56,905 nucleotides of DNA from Octopus bimaculoides. Its lineage: Eukaryota. Numbering within the stretch: position 1 is the stretch's first letter; the number at the start of each line of letters is the position of its first letter. Position numbers and translations under genes: made by a program. Positions 25,396 to 38,850 of this stretch are shown piece by piece. Location of the stretch: positions 147,881,740 through 147,938,644 of the forward strand of contig NC_068982.1 of assembly GCF_001194135.2 (NCBI RefSeq). Direction: 5' to 3'. Under the pieces are notes generated by a model that was not told where the DNA came from, searched no databases, and was given only the letters and a program-made list of their open reading frames with translations.

Positions 25396-28030
25396 GCATG
25401 TGTACAGTCCTCCAATGCAGTTTTTTGTCCACATTTTTTGTAATGGAGATTATTAGCTGGAAGAGAGAAGGAGGAAGTAGGGGAGAGGGGGACAATAGAC
25501 AGAGAGAGGGGAGTAAAGAAAGAAGGAAAGAAAGGAAGAAAGCAGGAAATTAAGACAGACAGATAGACAGATCAACAGAGACAGTGATAGAATGTTAAAT
25601 CAACTGGGAAACGGTAAGCAAACAGTCATAAAAACAGAATGACTGTTAGACAGACGGACATAGAAAGAGAATCAGAGACATGAAAGACTGCATTTGTGTA
25701 TATTAAATGTAAAGTTAAAGAATGGTAGGATAAAAAAAATATAGGATTAGAATGTTGAAACGATAAAAGAAAAAAGAAAAGATTATCAGGAAGTACATGA
25801 TGCCTGTGTCTTGGTGTCATATCTATGTCCACTATGACGTTTGAGATATGCAAATGTATTCTAAGAATACATCTTTAGACGAGATAATAAATATATTAAT
25901 TGTTCGCTTACTAGAGTTTTATGACAACGAAATTCTCTTTGAGTGTGAAATAACTACATCAATTTGACTAAATCAACGTGACTAAAATATCTTGGAATTC
26001 CATACACGTTTCAAAAGCTACATACACGATATAAGGTAAATTACACTTCCTAGTTCCAGAACGGTTCAATTTTGGTGCAGCAGTAGCAGTGGCAACAAAA
26101 CTGCAGCAGCAGCAGCAGCAGCTGTAGTGTGGTATCATGGAGTCTATGTAAATCACGATATTTTGCTATTGCTGTTGTTGTGTTGTCTCTGTTCTTTAAC
26201 CTCAGTTTATCTGATCGATCAGGCATATGATGAGACATGTCATGTGACCATTCCACTCCTAACAGTTCCATCCTGTTAATGGATATCTAGAACAACATTC
26301 ACCAACGTATATTTTTATTTCGGCGTGAGCAATTTCACTGAGACTTAACTGCTTTTTCTAACAGGTCGAAAAACCACGTAAACGTCTTCAGTGAAGCAAA
26401 CGTTATGCTCAAAACGATGCGACATAACTTCCGTGCTCCGGAAAGGTCACATTTGCTATTGTGTATCTATTACTCCATTGGATAACCTGTTTAACCATTT
26501 AGTGTGACATTATGACTGAGATTGTTAATGGCGATAGCCTTGCACACCTGGAAAGAAATGATTGCACCAGGTATTTCTTTTTAAAGATCTTCCTCTTAAT
26601 TTGATCTTCGAAAATGTCCAGCTGGATAAATAACATGTGTTATACAAACGGCCGCGAGAAACAGTATATAAAAAAAGTATAGATCCATCCATCCATTCAT
26701 TCATACATCCATCCACCCATCCATTCATCCATCCATTCTTACATACATACATACATACATACATGCATGCATGNNNNNNNNNNTATATATATATATATAT
26801 ATATATCTATATATATATATATTGTGACTCTCATTGGATTTTATAAAGTTATTTATTCTAAGTAAGACAGTATATCTTGCATTACTTTAAAAATATCTTT
26901 TATTATTATAACGTTTAAAGACAACAAATGTTTCGCAATCGACATATTGGCATTTCGACATATCTGGATCCGATCTGCTTCGGTACCTTATTTCAGACTG
27001 TTTGTTTGCCAGTTAATGTTTTGAGAAAGATATTTGACGAAAACGAGGCGCTAAGTAATTTTATCCCTTAGTTTCATCGACCTTTTAAACAATGATATTT
27101 CAAATGGTACCACAATTAACTATGTATAACGAAAACTTTATATCTATTATTGAAATCGTAAATCTCTTTTTACACATATTGCAACAAACTGACTGCTTTG
27201 GATGGGCCACATTTAGCTAATCGAACAAAGCAGCAACACTGGTGGGAAAGAAATTTAGATACAACATGGATTTTGTCAGTTGTGTTTAGTTTCCCAATAT
27301 TTTCGTAATAAATCACATTAAATTACTAAGAACACAAAATATTACAGATTACATCGATACAGCGGAAACTTCATTCATTGATTATCTATACAATGAAACT
27401 ATTAAACTGTAAAAAAGGGCTACATAGACAAGTTAACTGCATAATATATCATAGCAATAGCCTTTAACCCATAAAATCCTCTGCTACTACGAGTTCAACT
27501 ATCACATCGATGATCTACACTTATTATACTTAACATGACCAACAGTAGCAGAACAGCAACAGCAGCAATAATTACCATAAAGACATTAAATTCTAAACTG
27601 ATTGCTCTAGATATTATTGGTACTGTTGTTTATCTCCTGCACGAGAAAACCTTGGACCGAAGATCTTCCGTCCGCGGCCATCTCATGTTTTTAAGGTCAT
27701 ACAAAATCATTTTATTTAATATTTCTTTTCTAAAGATTCCTGGTGAGAAGAAGGATATTCAGTGACTGCATACATTCCTCAAGGAGAGAGACACGGCAGC
27801 TGAAACAAGCTCAAGATAGCTATGGTTGTTAGAAGACTGCAAATGCAACTCTTCCGCAGTCGAAAACTAGTTCAGTTATTGCTGCACCACTCAGGCAAAG
27901 CGTGCAGGGACATCACCAATACATGTTTAATTCGCCTCTCAAACAGCAGTTGATCCATTACCTTAAATCTAATTCAACAGCAGGTTAATACAAAATATAA
28001 TAGAAGATAGGCGTGGACATGACTAAAACC

Positions 28031-28182
28031 GGGGGCACGGCTGTGTGGTTAAGAAGCTCACTTTGCAGCCACGTGGTTTCGGGTTCAGTTCCACTGCATT
28101 TAACCTTGGCTAAATGTCTTCTAATTAGCCCAAGGTATAAAAAAAAGTGTCTTCTGAGTGAATTTGGTAGACTGGAAGCCCG

Positions 28183-28226
<44 letters not shown>
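28031..28226 (+). mobile_element. CORE-like tRNA-SINE 5' half running into (TA)n and a gap
   Basis: gcacggctgtgtggttaagaagc...gggttcagttccactgc...ccttggctaaatgtcttct...gaagcccgt(TA)n; diverged copy of 41041-41226. Confidence 0.75.
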
Positions 28227-29829
28227 NNNNNNNNNNNNNNNNNNNNNNNNNNNNNNNNNNNNNNNNNNNNNNNNNNNNNNNNNNNNNNNNNNNNNNNNNN
28301 NNNNNNNNNNNNNNNNNNNNNNNNNNNNNNNNNNNNNNNNNNNNNNNNNNNNNNNNNNNNNNNNNNNNNNNNNNNNNNNNNNNNNNNNNNNNNNNNNNNN
28401 NNNNNNNNNNNNNNNNNNNNNNNNNNNNNNNNNNNNNNNNNNNNNNNNNNNNNNNNNNNNNNNNNNNNNNNNNNNNNNNNNNNNNNNNNNNNNNNNNNNN
28501 NNNNNNNNNNNNNNNNNNNNNNNNNNNNNNNNNNNNNNNNNNNNNNNNNNNNNNNNNNNNNNNNNNNNNNNNNNNNNNNNNNNNNNNNNNNNNNNNNNNN
28601 NNNNNNNNNNNNNNNNNNNNNNNNNNNNNNNNNNNNNNNNNNNNNNNNNNNNNNNNNNNNNNNNNNNNNNNNNNNNNNNNNNNNNNNNNNNNNNNNNNNN
28701 NNNNNNNNNNNNNNNNNNNNNNNNNNNNNNNNNNNNNNNNNNNNNNNNNNNNNNNNNNNNNNNNNNNNNNNNNNNNNNNNNNNNNNNNNNNNNNNNNNNN
28801 NNNNNNNNNNNNNNNNNNNNNNNNNNNNNNNNNNNNNNNNNNNNNNNNNNNNNNNNNNNNNNNNNNNNNNNNNNNNNNNNNNNNNNNNNNNNNNNNNNNN
28901 NNNNNNNNNNNNNNNNNNNNNNNNNNNNNNNNNNNNNNNNNNNNNNNNNNNNNNNNNNNNNNNNNNNNNNNNNNNNNNNNNNNNNNNNNNNNNNNNNNNN
29001 NNNNNNNNNNNNNNNNNNNTAAATGAATGAATGAATAAATGAATATACCTTAACCCCCAAATCATTCTAAACCCTAATCACTCCCTCACTCATTCTCCCT
29101 ATTTTTGATATTATCTAAGCTTGTCTTATTTTTTCTGTTTTTCATATTTTAATAAAATCACTTCTTCTTCTTCTCCTCCGCCTCCTTCTTCACCACCACC
29201 ACCACCACGACCATCACCATCATCATCATCATCATTCAGCGTGTTAACAACCTTTACAAATAGAAACCCATCACCTCTGACGCTTTACAACCTAAACCGA
29301 CCCCCCACCTCCACCCAAATCACCCTCTACCCCATAACACAGCATCATCCACGCCTTCACCACCATCACCACTGACCCCCACCACCACCACCACCACCAC
29401 TCCCGTTGTGTTGCTGTCACCCACCACCCTGCCTATCAAAATTTCTTCGTGTCACTATGGAACGTCAATCACTTTTCCAGATCAATAGTCACGTCGGTTG
29501 ACGGACCTTGTGAGGTATAACGCTAAGAAAGGAAAAGCTGAAGATAGATTATGATGATAATGATGATGATAATGGACAAAAGGTGGACGAGAGGGGTTAA
29601 GCAGGGCTAAAGTGATGGGACAGGTAAGTAGATTTTATATGATTAGTAAGGAACAGCTCACGTACAATACCTCAAACTTCATACCCCGTCCACTGTCTGT
29701 CCATAGAGGTATGTGACACCCTGTTAGCCAGTAGGGTGGCGTTACGGTGGAGAATAGAAACCTTGTGATGTGGATAGGAACTACAATATAGGTGGTGGTG
29801 GTGATGATTCTGATGAAGATGAGGTTGAC

Positions 29830-29831
29830 GC

Positions 29832-29922
<91 letters not shown>

Positions 29923-29955
29923 AACGACGACAATGATGATGATGATGATGATGGT
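29830..29955. repeat. Compound (GCT)n/(GAT)n microsatellite
   Basis: Direct reading; explains the poly-A/poly-D/poly-M ORFs. Confidence 0.95.
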
Positions 29956-31211
29956 AGGGTTGGTGTTGGGGTTGGTCGATATTGCTCTGTTGGAGTGGTT
30001 TTAATGATTGAAGTAGAAAAGTAAAATAAATAAATGAACAAACGACCGGTTAAATTTATGTGTTCGCGCAGACACAAACATATATGTGTGCACACGCACA
30101 CATATACTGTAAAACGAGCCAAAGAGAGCCCCCCCACACCTATTTAGTCGCTTGACCTGCTAAAAGTAGCAGCCAAATCTTCATCAAAATATATTCGTGA
30201 TAGTCATGGATGGAGCATTTATTTTTATTGTAGGTCTGTCTGGTCGGCTTGAGATTAAGGATTAGCAATAACAATAACACACACACATGAATACACATAC
30301 ATATACACGCACACTATCTTTCTCTCTCTCTCTCACACAAACACTACATACACATTCACACGCNNNNNNNNNNTCTCTCTCTCACACAAACACTACATAC
30401 ACATTCACACGCATACACATACATATATGTGCACGTGTATCTGGTTGTGTGCGCGCGCACGAGTTTCCGGATTCATTGTTGAACAAATAAAAGAGCCTAC
30501 AAGATGTCATTCGATCTACTAATAACAAAGGATAAAGAACCCCTTAATTTAGCGAGTTTGAATATGAGGAGATAAAAAAAAGTGTAAAGTGTGAACTGAA
30601 TTCCAAGCTTTCAACAAAGAGTGCTAATACCATTTCTTTTTCACTGACGAAACCAATACGTATCCACAGGTCATCAAAATGTTGTGGCCTTAAAAGACTA
30701 CGATGTGATGTGTCACTTTCATACTAAGTACTCAAAAGAATATGTTAATTTCTCAGTTGATTCGAGAAGGATAAAGTCGATGAATTGATAAGTGAAATGA
30801 AGAAACAAACGAACAAAAACAAACTATAATAAATAGATATTTATTACTAATGACTATATCGCTATAATTAGCTACATTATCCCCCATAAAATTGATATGT
30901 ATAACAATTATTTTCCGGGAGAAATCACTAAGGATTGCATAATTGACTCCCCTGCAGCTAATAAAACCAGAAAAGTTCAGTATTAGAATTTAATCCTATC
31001 TCGTATTGTCAGACAATAGAAGATATTGCAAAAAAATTGTTGGAAACATTCGTTCATAGTTTTTTTAAATACGATTCAAAATTTTGCATTCTTTTCAAAG
31101 GCACTTGATGAGAGCTGTGATGTCGGTGATACAGCAAAACTATTTACATTCTTGGCATAATGAACACTTTTAAATTGATGGTTGGGCTAGTGGCAATGCA
31201 GCCACTGAAAA

Positions 31212-32383
31212 GGAATGTAGATAATTTTGCCACCGGTGAATTCGCCACCGGAAATTTCGCCACTGAATTTCGCCCCAGTAATTTCATTGCTGGTAATTTC
31301 GCCACCCGAAACTTTGCCACTGGTAACTTCTGGTATTTTTGGTCCTACAATTTCATCATAATAAGCATATTCTATACTTGGGACATACAACACACACAGA
31401 GTAGTCATCACATCGAAGTAGTCTAGACAGCAAGTAGTGCGATATCATCGGCATATTTTTATTTGCAAAATATATCTCATAAGTACTAAACCATCATAGT
31501 TCTGACACATCTCACGATAAAAAAAAGAAGAAAAATGAGTAAACAACACATATTTTGTAGTTTTAAGCATTCAATATGGATTTAACGCGGCAAGCAACAC
31601 ATTACAAATTCAATATTGTTCGAAATAACAAACTTATAGTACAGCAGTTCATTGAAGACGAAACTCTGAAATACATTCGAATAATTTTTCGAGCAAATCG
31701 CAATTTTCGTATCTCCTGCGCCAGATAAATTCACAGAGATATGAATCTTTCCTTTGCAGGGACATCACCAATACATGTTTCCACCACGCTACTATTTACT
31801 CATAAAATGCATTTTGTTTCTGCAAAATTTTATGTTAGTGATAATACCATTCTCTTGTAAGTAATAAATAGCATTCTCTTCTTTATGTATCTCCATAATG
31901 GATGCAAGGTTACAGGAACTTACTGCTATAATCAAACAGATCGATAAAATATCCAGATAGAAAGCATATCGGTAAAATATCCAAATAAAAAACATCGGCG
32001 AAATATCCAAATAGATGGGTAAAAATTTCCAAAAATATGGGCACAAACATCAGAACAAGTATCAACACGTGTGCGTAAAATATTGTTCTGCATAATATTG
32101 TGACCAAACAGGTAATATCAAAAATACATTTTGAATTTTATTGAAACCATTCCATTAGCTCCATATTATCTTGAACAATAGAAAATTTGTTTATGATCTA
32201 TTCATTGCTTGAGATATCCGACAAAAACCAAGTTGAAATGAGCTTGAGTGGACAATAGTGACACAATTACTAGGGGCGAAATTACCAATCGTGAAATTAC
32301 CGGGAACGAATTTTCCGATGTCGAAATTACCAGGGACGAATTATCCGGTGCCGGAATTACCCTTGTCGAAACTATCGAGCACC
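31212..32383 (-). mobile_element. Internally deleted Merlin (IS1016/IS1595-related) DNA transposon
   Basis: GG...CC termini; about 7 x 15-bp tandem units (ggtaatttcgccacc-like) in inverted orientation at each end; 8-bp flanks actgaaaa/gccgaaaa; minus peptides EENAIYYLQENGIITNIKFCRN...W*CPC and DSYLCEFIWRRRY. Confidence 0.75.
31649..31896 (-). pseudogene. Merlin transposase remnant: N-terminal zinc-ribbon region fused to C-terminus, DDE core missing
   Basis: MEIHKEENAIYYLQ...CPCK directly followed (frame change near 31748) by DSYLCEFIWRRRYENCDLLEKLFECISEF. Confidence 0.7.
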
Positions 32384-34143
32384 GCCGAAAAGCACAGCAG
32401 AATACGACTTGTTTGGTGTGCTGAATACAAAGCAAATAAATAAGCTTAAGATGGGTGGGTGGAGGGGGGACTGATTGATTAATAACAGACAGATACCCAA
32501 GTTTTACTAGAAAAACAAAGAGTATTAAAAGAGATTTAGGATAAGGTTAATTAAATAAATACTGAACTGAACATCAACTTGCTGCACTGCATCAAGCATC
32601 AACAATACCTATGTACAAAATATTTAATGCTTGATTATATAGTAAACACAGTTATGAATATTGTAATTTGTATTATATTACAAAGCAAGGCTGAAATCAT
32701 AGGATGACTAAGCATAGGGGAAATTTTCAGAATAGTAAGGAATTTGAAAAGTAAAAACAATTTTGGGGGGAAACAAAGAAAAATTTTATGATCTGACATC
32801 CCACATCAGTGAGAAATCAGTACTCTCTCTCTAATATATATATATATATATATANNNNNNNNNNNNNNNNNNNNNNNNNNNNNNNNNNNNNNNNNNNNNN
32901 NNNNNNNNNNNNNNNNNNNNNNNNNNNNNNNNNNNNNNNNNNNNNNNNNNNNNNNNNNNNNNNNNNNNNNNNNNNNNNNNNNNNNNNNNNNNNNNNNNNN
33001 NNNNNNNNNNNNNNNNNNNNNNNNNNNNNNNNNNNNNNNNNNNNNNNNNNNNNNNNNNNNNNNNNNNNNNNNNNNNNNNNNNNNNNNNNNNNNNNNNNNN
33101 NNNNNNNNNNNNNNNNNNNNNNNNNNNNNNNNNNNTATATAAAGAGCGTACTATTTGATGCAAGTCTGATGAAGTGAAACTCAAATGTAAAAAATCGCAA
33201 ATATAAACTTTACACATGAAATTTCACGACTAATGGCGTTAACAGCAGAGTAGTATAGAAACAATTGTAACTGGTAATTAGAGATGTGTTGAACTCTTTC
33301 TTCATCTTCTTCATTGTTCTCTCTCACACTGGGACAAACACAGACACAAAGACACGCCCGCACACACACATATATTAGTATGTGTGTGCGCGCGCTCGAG
33401 TGCATGGATGTATATGTCTATATTGCTCATTATGCATGCATAAATGTTTAGTTACGAGAGATAGAGGATATGACAGATAACAAATAAAATAGTGAATGAA
33501 AATCACAAGTCCACTGTGTCCTATATGCAAGATATATATAATTATTGCTAATTAGTAAGGTATGTGCAAGAATTTATATAATGGGGAGGAACAACAGTGA
33601 GTTATAATTTGATTTGTATTTTATGCACCACAGAAGGATAAAACGCAAATTTGTCGCTGGCAGGATCTCAGTTTGGTGCATAAACAAATGTAATTAACTA
33701 TCAAAAGGGATTTTGTCCGTCATTGATGAAAATTACCCAATCCACCGCCCCAAACAGGAGAAATATCGTGGTCAATGGACAGACACATCGGCGTTGAATG
33801 TTAGTCATTATATACGTGTTATATTTTTGTTTCGCCTAAAATATAATTCTCAATTATATGTAATGAAGCAATTAAGGGTAAATGTATCGATATGTTTGTG
33901 GACCACACGTGTAATTTGTAATCTCCTGGCGAACTAAATACGTAGGTCAGGAACAGCACACTTATCGGTCGAATCCATTCGACTGACTCCTGTAACGCTT
34001 TTTAGAAAGAGACTGAATCTCAAACTAATTTATGCTACTGACTGAAGTCGATAGCAATGATTAGCTGTTGGTACTTACCTTTGACACAGAAAGTTAGGCA
34101 ACTGACTAATTAGCTTAAATACTCGAATAAAATATATATAGTT

Positions 34144-34177
<34 letters not shown>

Positions 34178-34223
34178 ATAAGCATTTGCATAAATGTGCA
34201 TGTGTGTGTGTGTGTGTGTATGT

Positions 34224-34393
34224 GTGGAGGCGCGTGGCTTAGTGGTTAGGGTGTCAGCACCATGATCGTAAGATTGTGGCTTCGATTCCTGGACCGGACG
34301 ACGCGTTGTGTTCTTGAGCAAAACACTTCATTTCTCGTTGCTCCAGTCCGCTCAGCTGGCAAAAATGAGTAACGCAGCGATGGACTGGCGTCC
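34224..34393 (+). mobile_element. tRNA-CORE-Meta-like SINE, cut by gap
   Basis: ggaggcgcgtggcttagtggttagg A-box; ttcgattcc B-box; gagtaacgcagcgatggactggcgtcc. Confidence 0.85.
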
Positions 34394-35339
34394 NNNNNNN
34401 NNNNNNNNNNNNNNNNNNNNNNNNNNNNNNNNNNNNNNNNNNNNNNNNNNNNNNNNNNNNNNNNNNNNNNNNNNNNNNNNNNNNNNNNNNNNNNNNNNNN
34501 NNNNNNNNNNNNNNNNNNNNNNNNNNNNNNNNNNNNNNNNNNNNNNNNNNNNNNNNNNNNNNNNNNNNNNNNNNNNNNNNNNNNNNNNNNNNNNNNNNNN
34601 NNNNNNNNNNNNNNNNNNNNNNNNNNNNNNNNNNNNNNNNNNNNNNNNNNNNNNNNNNNNNNNNNNNNNNNNNNNNNNNNNNNNNNNNNNNNNNNNNNNN
34701 NNNNNNNNNNNNNNNNNNNNNNNNNNNNNNNNNNNNNNNNNNNNNNNNNNNNNNNNNNNNNNNNNNNNNNNNNNNNNNNNNNNNNNNNNNNNNNNNNNNN
34801 NNNNNNNNNNNNNNNNNNNNNNNNNNNNNNNNNNNNNNNNNNNNNNNNNNNNNNNNNNNNNNNNNNNNNNNNNNNNNNNNNNNNNNNNNNNNNNNNNNNN
34901 NNNNNNNNNNNNNNNNNNNNNNNNNNNNNNNNNNNNNNNNNNNNNNNNNNNNNNNNNNNNNNNNNNNNNNNNNNNNNNNNNNNNNNNNNNNNNNNNNNNN
35001 NNNNNNNNNNNNNNNNNNNNNNNNNNNNNNNNNNNNNNNNNNNNNNNNNNNNNNNNNNNNNNNNNNNNNNNNNNNNNNNNNNNNNNNNNNNNNNNNNNNN
35101 NNNNNNNNNNNNNNNNNNNNNNNNNNNNNNNNNNNNNNNNNNNNNNNNNNNNNNNNNNNNNNNNNNNNNNNNNNNNNNNNNNNNNNNNNNNNNNNNNNNN
35201 NNNNNNNNNNNNNNNNNNNNNNNNNNNNNNNNNNNNNNNNNNNNNNNNNNNNNNNNNNNNNNNNNNNNNNNNNNNNNNNNNNNNNNNNNNNNNNNNNNNN
35301 NNNNNNNNNNNNNNNNNNNNNNNNNNNNNNNNNNNNNNN

Positions 35340-35375
<36 letters not shown>

Positions 35376-35995
35376 GGAAACGAAAGTTATAGCACCGGTC
35401 CCGCTCCGATCCCCCGATCTCCCTGAACGACAGCTCAAGTCTTTTCTGCAAGCGTCAACTTGCAACAGTACAAGCTGAAGTTTAATGGCTTAAATCTCAA
35501 CTGTCTTGGAGGGCTTGTGATGATCATGGGCGCTACCATTACCTCCAGAGCCGTCAAGTGAAAATATACGCAGATATCTATTGCATGCCGACTTGTAACT
35601 TCTCTGCTACTCTCATAGGCATGGTGTCAGACATTCACTGTGGTTTTCAGGTAGAATCTTATATTTCGTAAAGCGTATAATTTTTCATTCGCTAACAAGC
35701 CATAAGATACCTTGCTCTCCTTTTCATGCAATTCTCAGCAAAACAATAAATCACCCGGATATTTAAAAAAGAAAAAAAAATCCAATAACTTATTAAATGC
35801 ATTAATCAGCTATAGTAGGTCGAACCAATCGACTGGATTCTCTTAAAATTGTATGATATGAAATAATAATGTACACATATATCAAATATAATTATGTGAA
35901 AGCTGTAAAATTCTCATGTGAAAGCTAACTTATAACTGCAAATAAAAATATCTACGTGAATTTGATGGCGGTGGTGAGAGATGAATCGTATAACC

Positions 35996-36240
35996 CAATG
36001 GTTCTCAACCAGGGTCTATATGACCTATAAGGGCCCACATAGAATTTTGTTGTTAAAATTTATGTGCAGTAAAGTGGTTATAATTCTACCATACACAAAT
36101 AAAAAAAAAAAATTTATAGAATTCCTAATAACATGTAATTTTAAAAACTCCTATAAGGTTTTTTTTTTTAAATATCAAGTAGATGTGAGGGTCCATAGAA
36201 AACAAAGGGATCCATAGGTAAAAAGGGTTGCGAACCTCTG
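35996..36240. mobile_element. hAT-Charlie MITE
   Basis: TIRs caatggttctcaacc / ggttgcgaacctctg; 8-bp flanks gtataacc / ttataatc (6/8). Confidence 0.75.
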
Positions 36241-36310
36241 TTATAATCCACCAAAATTTTGCAGATTCTACTAAATGCCGAGTTTAGATTGAATAAGAAA
36301 GATTATAGGG

Positions 36311-36640
36311 CAGGCCTGACCAACTCGAATTATATTGCGGGCCACTTTTATCATGGAAAGCTTTTTGAGTGCCGCTTGTACACTGACAGAATTGAAAGCA
36401 GTTTGCTTTCTCATGATATTATTACAATAATGAATGAATGATCGTTGATTCAACATGAAACATTATCATTGCAAAAACAGTAGTATCTTTTTTTTGACTT
36501 ATCATAACAATGCTTAATTTTTGACAAAATTTTTAAAATGTTTGTTTAAATAAACCCATTTCAAGAAAGTATCAAGCGGGCCGCAAGATAAAAGTCTGCG
36601 GGGCGCATGCGGCCCGCAGGCCTCAGGTTGGCCATCCTTG
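36311..36640. mobile_element. hAT MITE
   Basis: TIRs caggcctgaccaac / gttggccatccttg; subterminal gcggcccgc/gcgggccgc; 8-bp flanks ttataggg / ttatagag (7/8). Confidence 0.78.
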
Positions 36641-36744
36641 TTATAGAGCTTCAATACAATTTGTATTTAACACGTCAAGCTAACAAAACACAAGACAAAC
36701 ATATAGTATTTTCACTACTTATATCTGTACAATACATCTGCCCT

Positions 36745-37005
36745 GTGGAGGTGCGTGGCTTAGTGGTTAGGACTTTGGATTCATGATTGTAAGATGGTAG
36801 TTTCCATTCCTGAACCGGATGACACGTTATGTTCTTGAGCAAAACACTTTATTCCACGTTGCTCCAGTCCACTCGGCTGACAAAAATGAGTAATCCTGCG
36901 ACGGACCGGCATCCTGTCCAGGTGGGGAATACACACACCATGAAACCGGGAAACCGGCCCTTATGGGTCAGTATGACTCAAGAAGGTAACTTTACCTCTA
37001 CCTCT
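36745..37005 (+). mobile_element. tRNA-CORE-Meta-like SINE, full length
   Basis: Same family as 12935 and 34224, including catgaaaccgggaaaccggccc and the ctttacct tail. Confidence 0.82.
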
Positions 37006-37326
37006 GCTTCTAATTAAATGTGTCTGCCCATTTAAGAATGGACGATGTCTCTTTTACGCTTTAGACATGACACTGCGTCATTGCTGTAACGCAGTCACTT
37101 AATCTTATGCTCACATTTTATTATTGTGTAAATTACCCCCCCCCCCCCCCTCTTGACAGGCATCAGTATTGTACCAAAGGATCATAGCACTAACGTGGTG
37201 TACACCAGCACACAAGCAGATTCAATATTGTATAGAAAATAATAAAAAAAAATGCATATGTGGAGTAGAGTACGTTCTACAATCTCCTTCTCACACTCTG
37301 TTGCTCCTACTCTCTCTTTGCTCATC

Positions 37327-37357
<31 letters not shown>

Positions 37358-37750
37358 ATACACCATGAAACACACACACTTACATATATGCAAGGTCGTC
37401 TCAATCAGAGTTCACCATTATGTAACTTCACCTAGAAACCTTTCCAATGTAAAAGACAAGACCGATAAAGCTTTACAACCGTGAAGTCACACGTTGGCTT
37501 CAGAATACAAAGAGACAGCAGGGCAAATCATCTGACAATCTAACAATTCCATCAAATCACTACCCTGAAATGATTCTTTATTTTTTACTGACTCCGAAAG
37601 GATGAAAGGTAATGTTGACTACCATGGGATTTAAACTCAGAGTGCAAAGAGCCAGAATTTATGGTGCATGACTTTCTCTCCGACTCACTATCGGCTCTAC
37701 CTCATACATACATACATACATACATACATACATACATACATACATACATA

Positions 37751-38849
37751 AAGATAGAGTAACCCGAGAATATTACACCAGACTTAGGAAAATATGGCAT
37801 CGGAACTCTCCACTTACAACAAAACAATATCCCACAATGTATTTGCAGTACCTGTGCTGATCCCAACATTTGGGACAGGTATCAAAACCCGTAAAATCTT
37901 GACGACAACTGGGAACTTTCACAGAAACAGTGATGTTGACAGGCTCTACCTAAGAAGAAATGAAGGTGGTAGAAGCCTAAGATCACTGCAGGTGGCTTTC
38001 GGATGCCGTATGGTATCACTCAGACAGCATCTGCTAAACAACAGCAGCAAAAATAGAAATATAAATGTAGTGCTGAAAAGTGAAGTGAGCAACATTGTAC
38101 GAGTTGGCTGAGTTCCTCACGAAGCACTCTCTTCCTGATGAACTCCTATACAGCCCCAAAACAGCTAGGCTCTCTTACCTCAGAGAAGACCTGGATGGAA
38201 AGAAAGCACTCAACATACAAAAAAAAAAAAATGTCATCACGGTACCTAAAATGTCGTCAGGGTACTATCTCCCTATGCGGCACGATTTTGTTGCTAAACG
38301 CAAAACAGACTGTCCTGAAATAAACTTAGAAAATCCCTGTTATGGAATACATTCATAAACACCAACTCAAGGAATACTGATGGAATATTCCTATCAAAAC
38401 TTCTGTTAAATGTAAATATAACAGGCCGGATATTGTTGTTTGGGACAGAGGGGCAAAATTGTGTACCATCATAGAGGCCAGCTCCCTGTAGATATAAATA
38501 TCTCTTTGAAAATCAAAGAAAAAGAGGACAACTGCTTTGAAACCTCCAGTTTCTATATCCAGACTATGAATTCATATTCATACCAATAGTAACTGGAGCA
38601 CTAGGCTTTGTTAGTAAATGCATAAAGGAGAATCTGGATAAACTGGGATTTTCAGAAAGAGAAATCAACCGGCTAATTCGTACATTACCAGTGCAATCAG
38701 TGAATGGAACAGTAAAAATATGCAAGACTTTTCTCAAGTTCTAAAAATGAATTTGTCTGTGTTAACTACATCCCAAAGATGGAACCTTGTATCTTTGTTG
38801 GCTCGCTCCTCAATGGAAGATTTATATGCTTAAAAAATAGAAGAGATAT

Positions 38850-38850
<1 letters not shown>
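37751..38850 (+). pseudogene. 5'-truncated R4-clade LINE subfamily A with REL domain and 3' UTR
   Basis: SELSTYNKTISHNVFAVPVL; NSDVDRLYLRRNEGGR; MRHDFVAK; YNRPDIVVWDR...IIEAS (PD-(D/E)xK); IPIVTGALG; TVKICKTFLKF* (stop 38742-38744); the 5' end abuts (CATA)n at 37703-37750. Confidence 0.88.

Larger units (their letters stand above)
30565..32440 (+). pseudogene. hAT-Charlie (SPIN/GTF2IRD2-like) transposase remnant, split by Merlin at 31212-32383
   Basis: KKKCKV..EFQAFNKE; VVALKDYDVMCHFHTK; FSKALDESCDVGDTAKLF (catalytic D box); MQPLK|STAEYDLF rejoined across the insertion (cf. MQSLKGTTTGEDLF). Confidence 0.8.

Noticed and set aside
31221-31330. Regular 15-bp repeats as a CRISPR-like array
   Set aside because: No spacers, eukaryotic context, and mirrored at 32273-32383 as transposon arms.
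34224-34300. tRNA gene (A and B boxes)
   Set aside because: No complete cloverleaf; it continues into a SINE body. The same applies to all tRNA-like heads in the window.
35385-35440. Mariner-like PLRSPDL peptide
   Set aside because: Only 6-7 residues match and flanking residues do not fit the WPPRSPDLTPxDF context.
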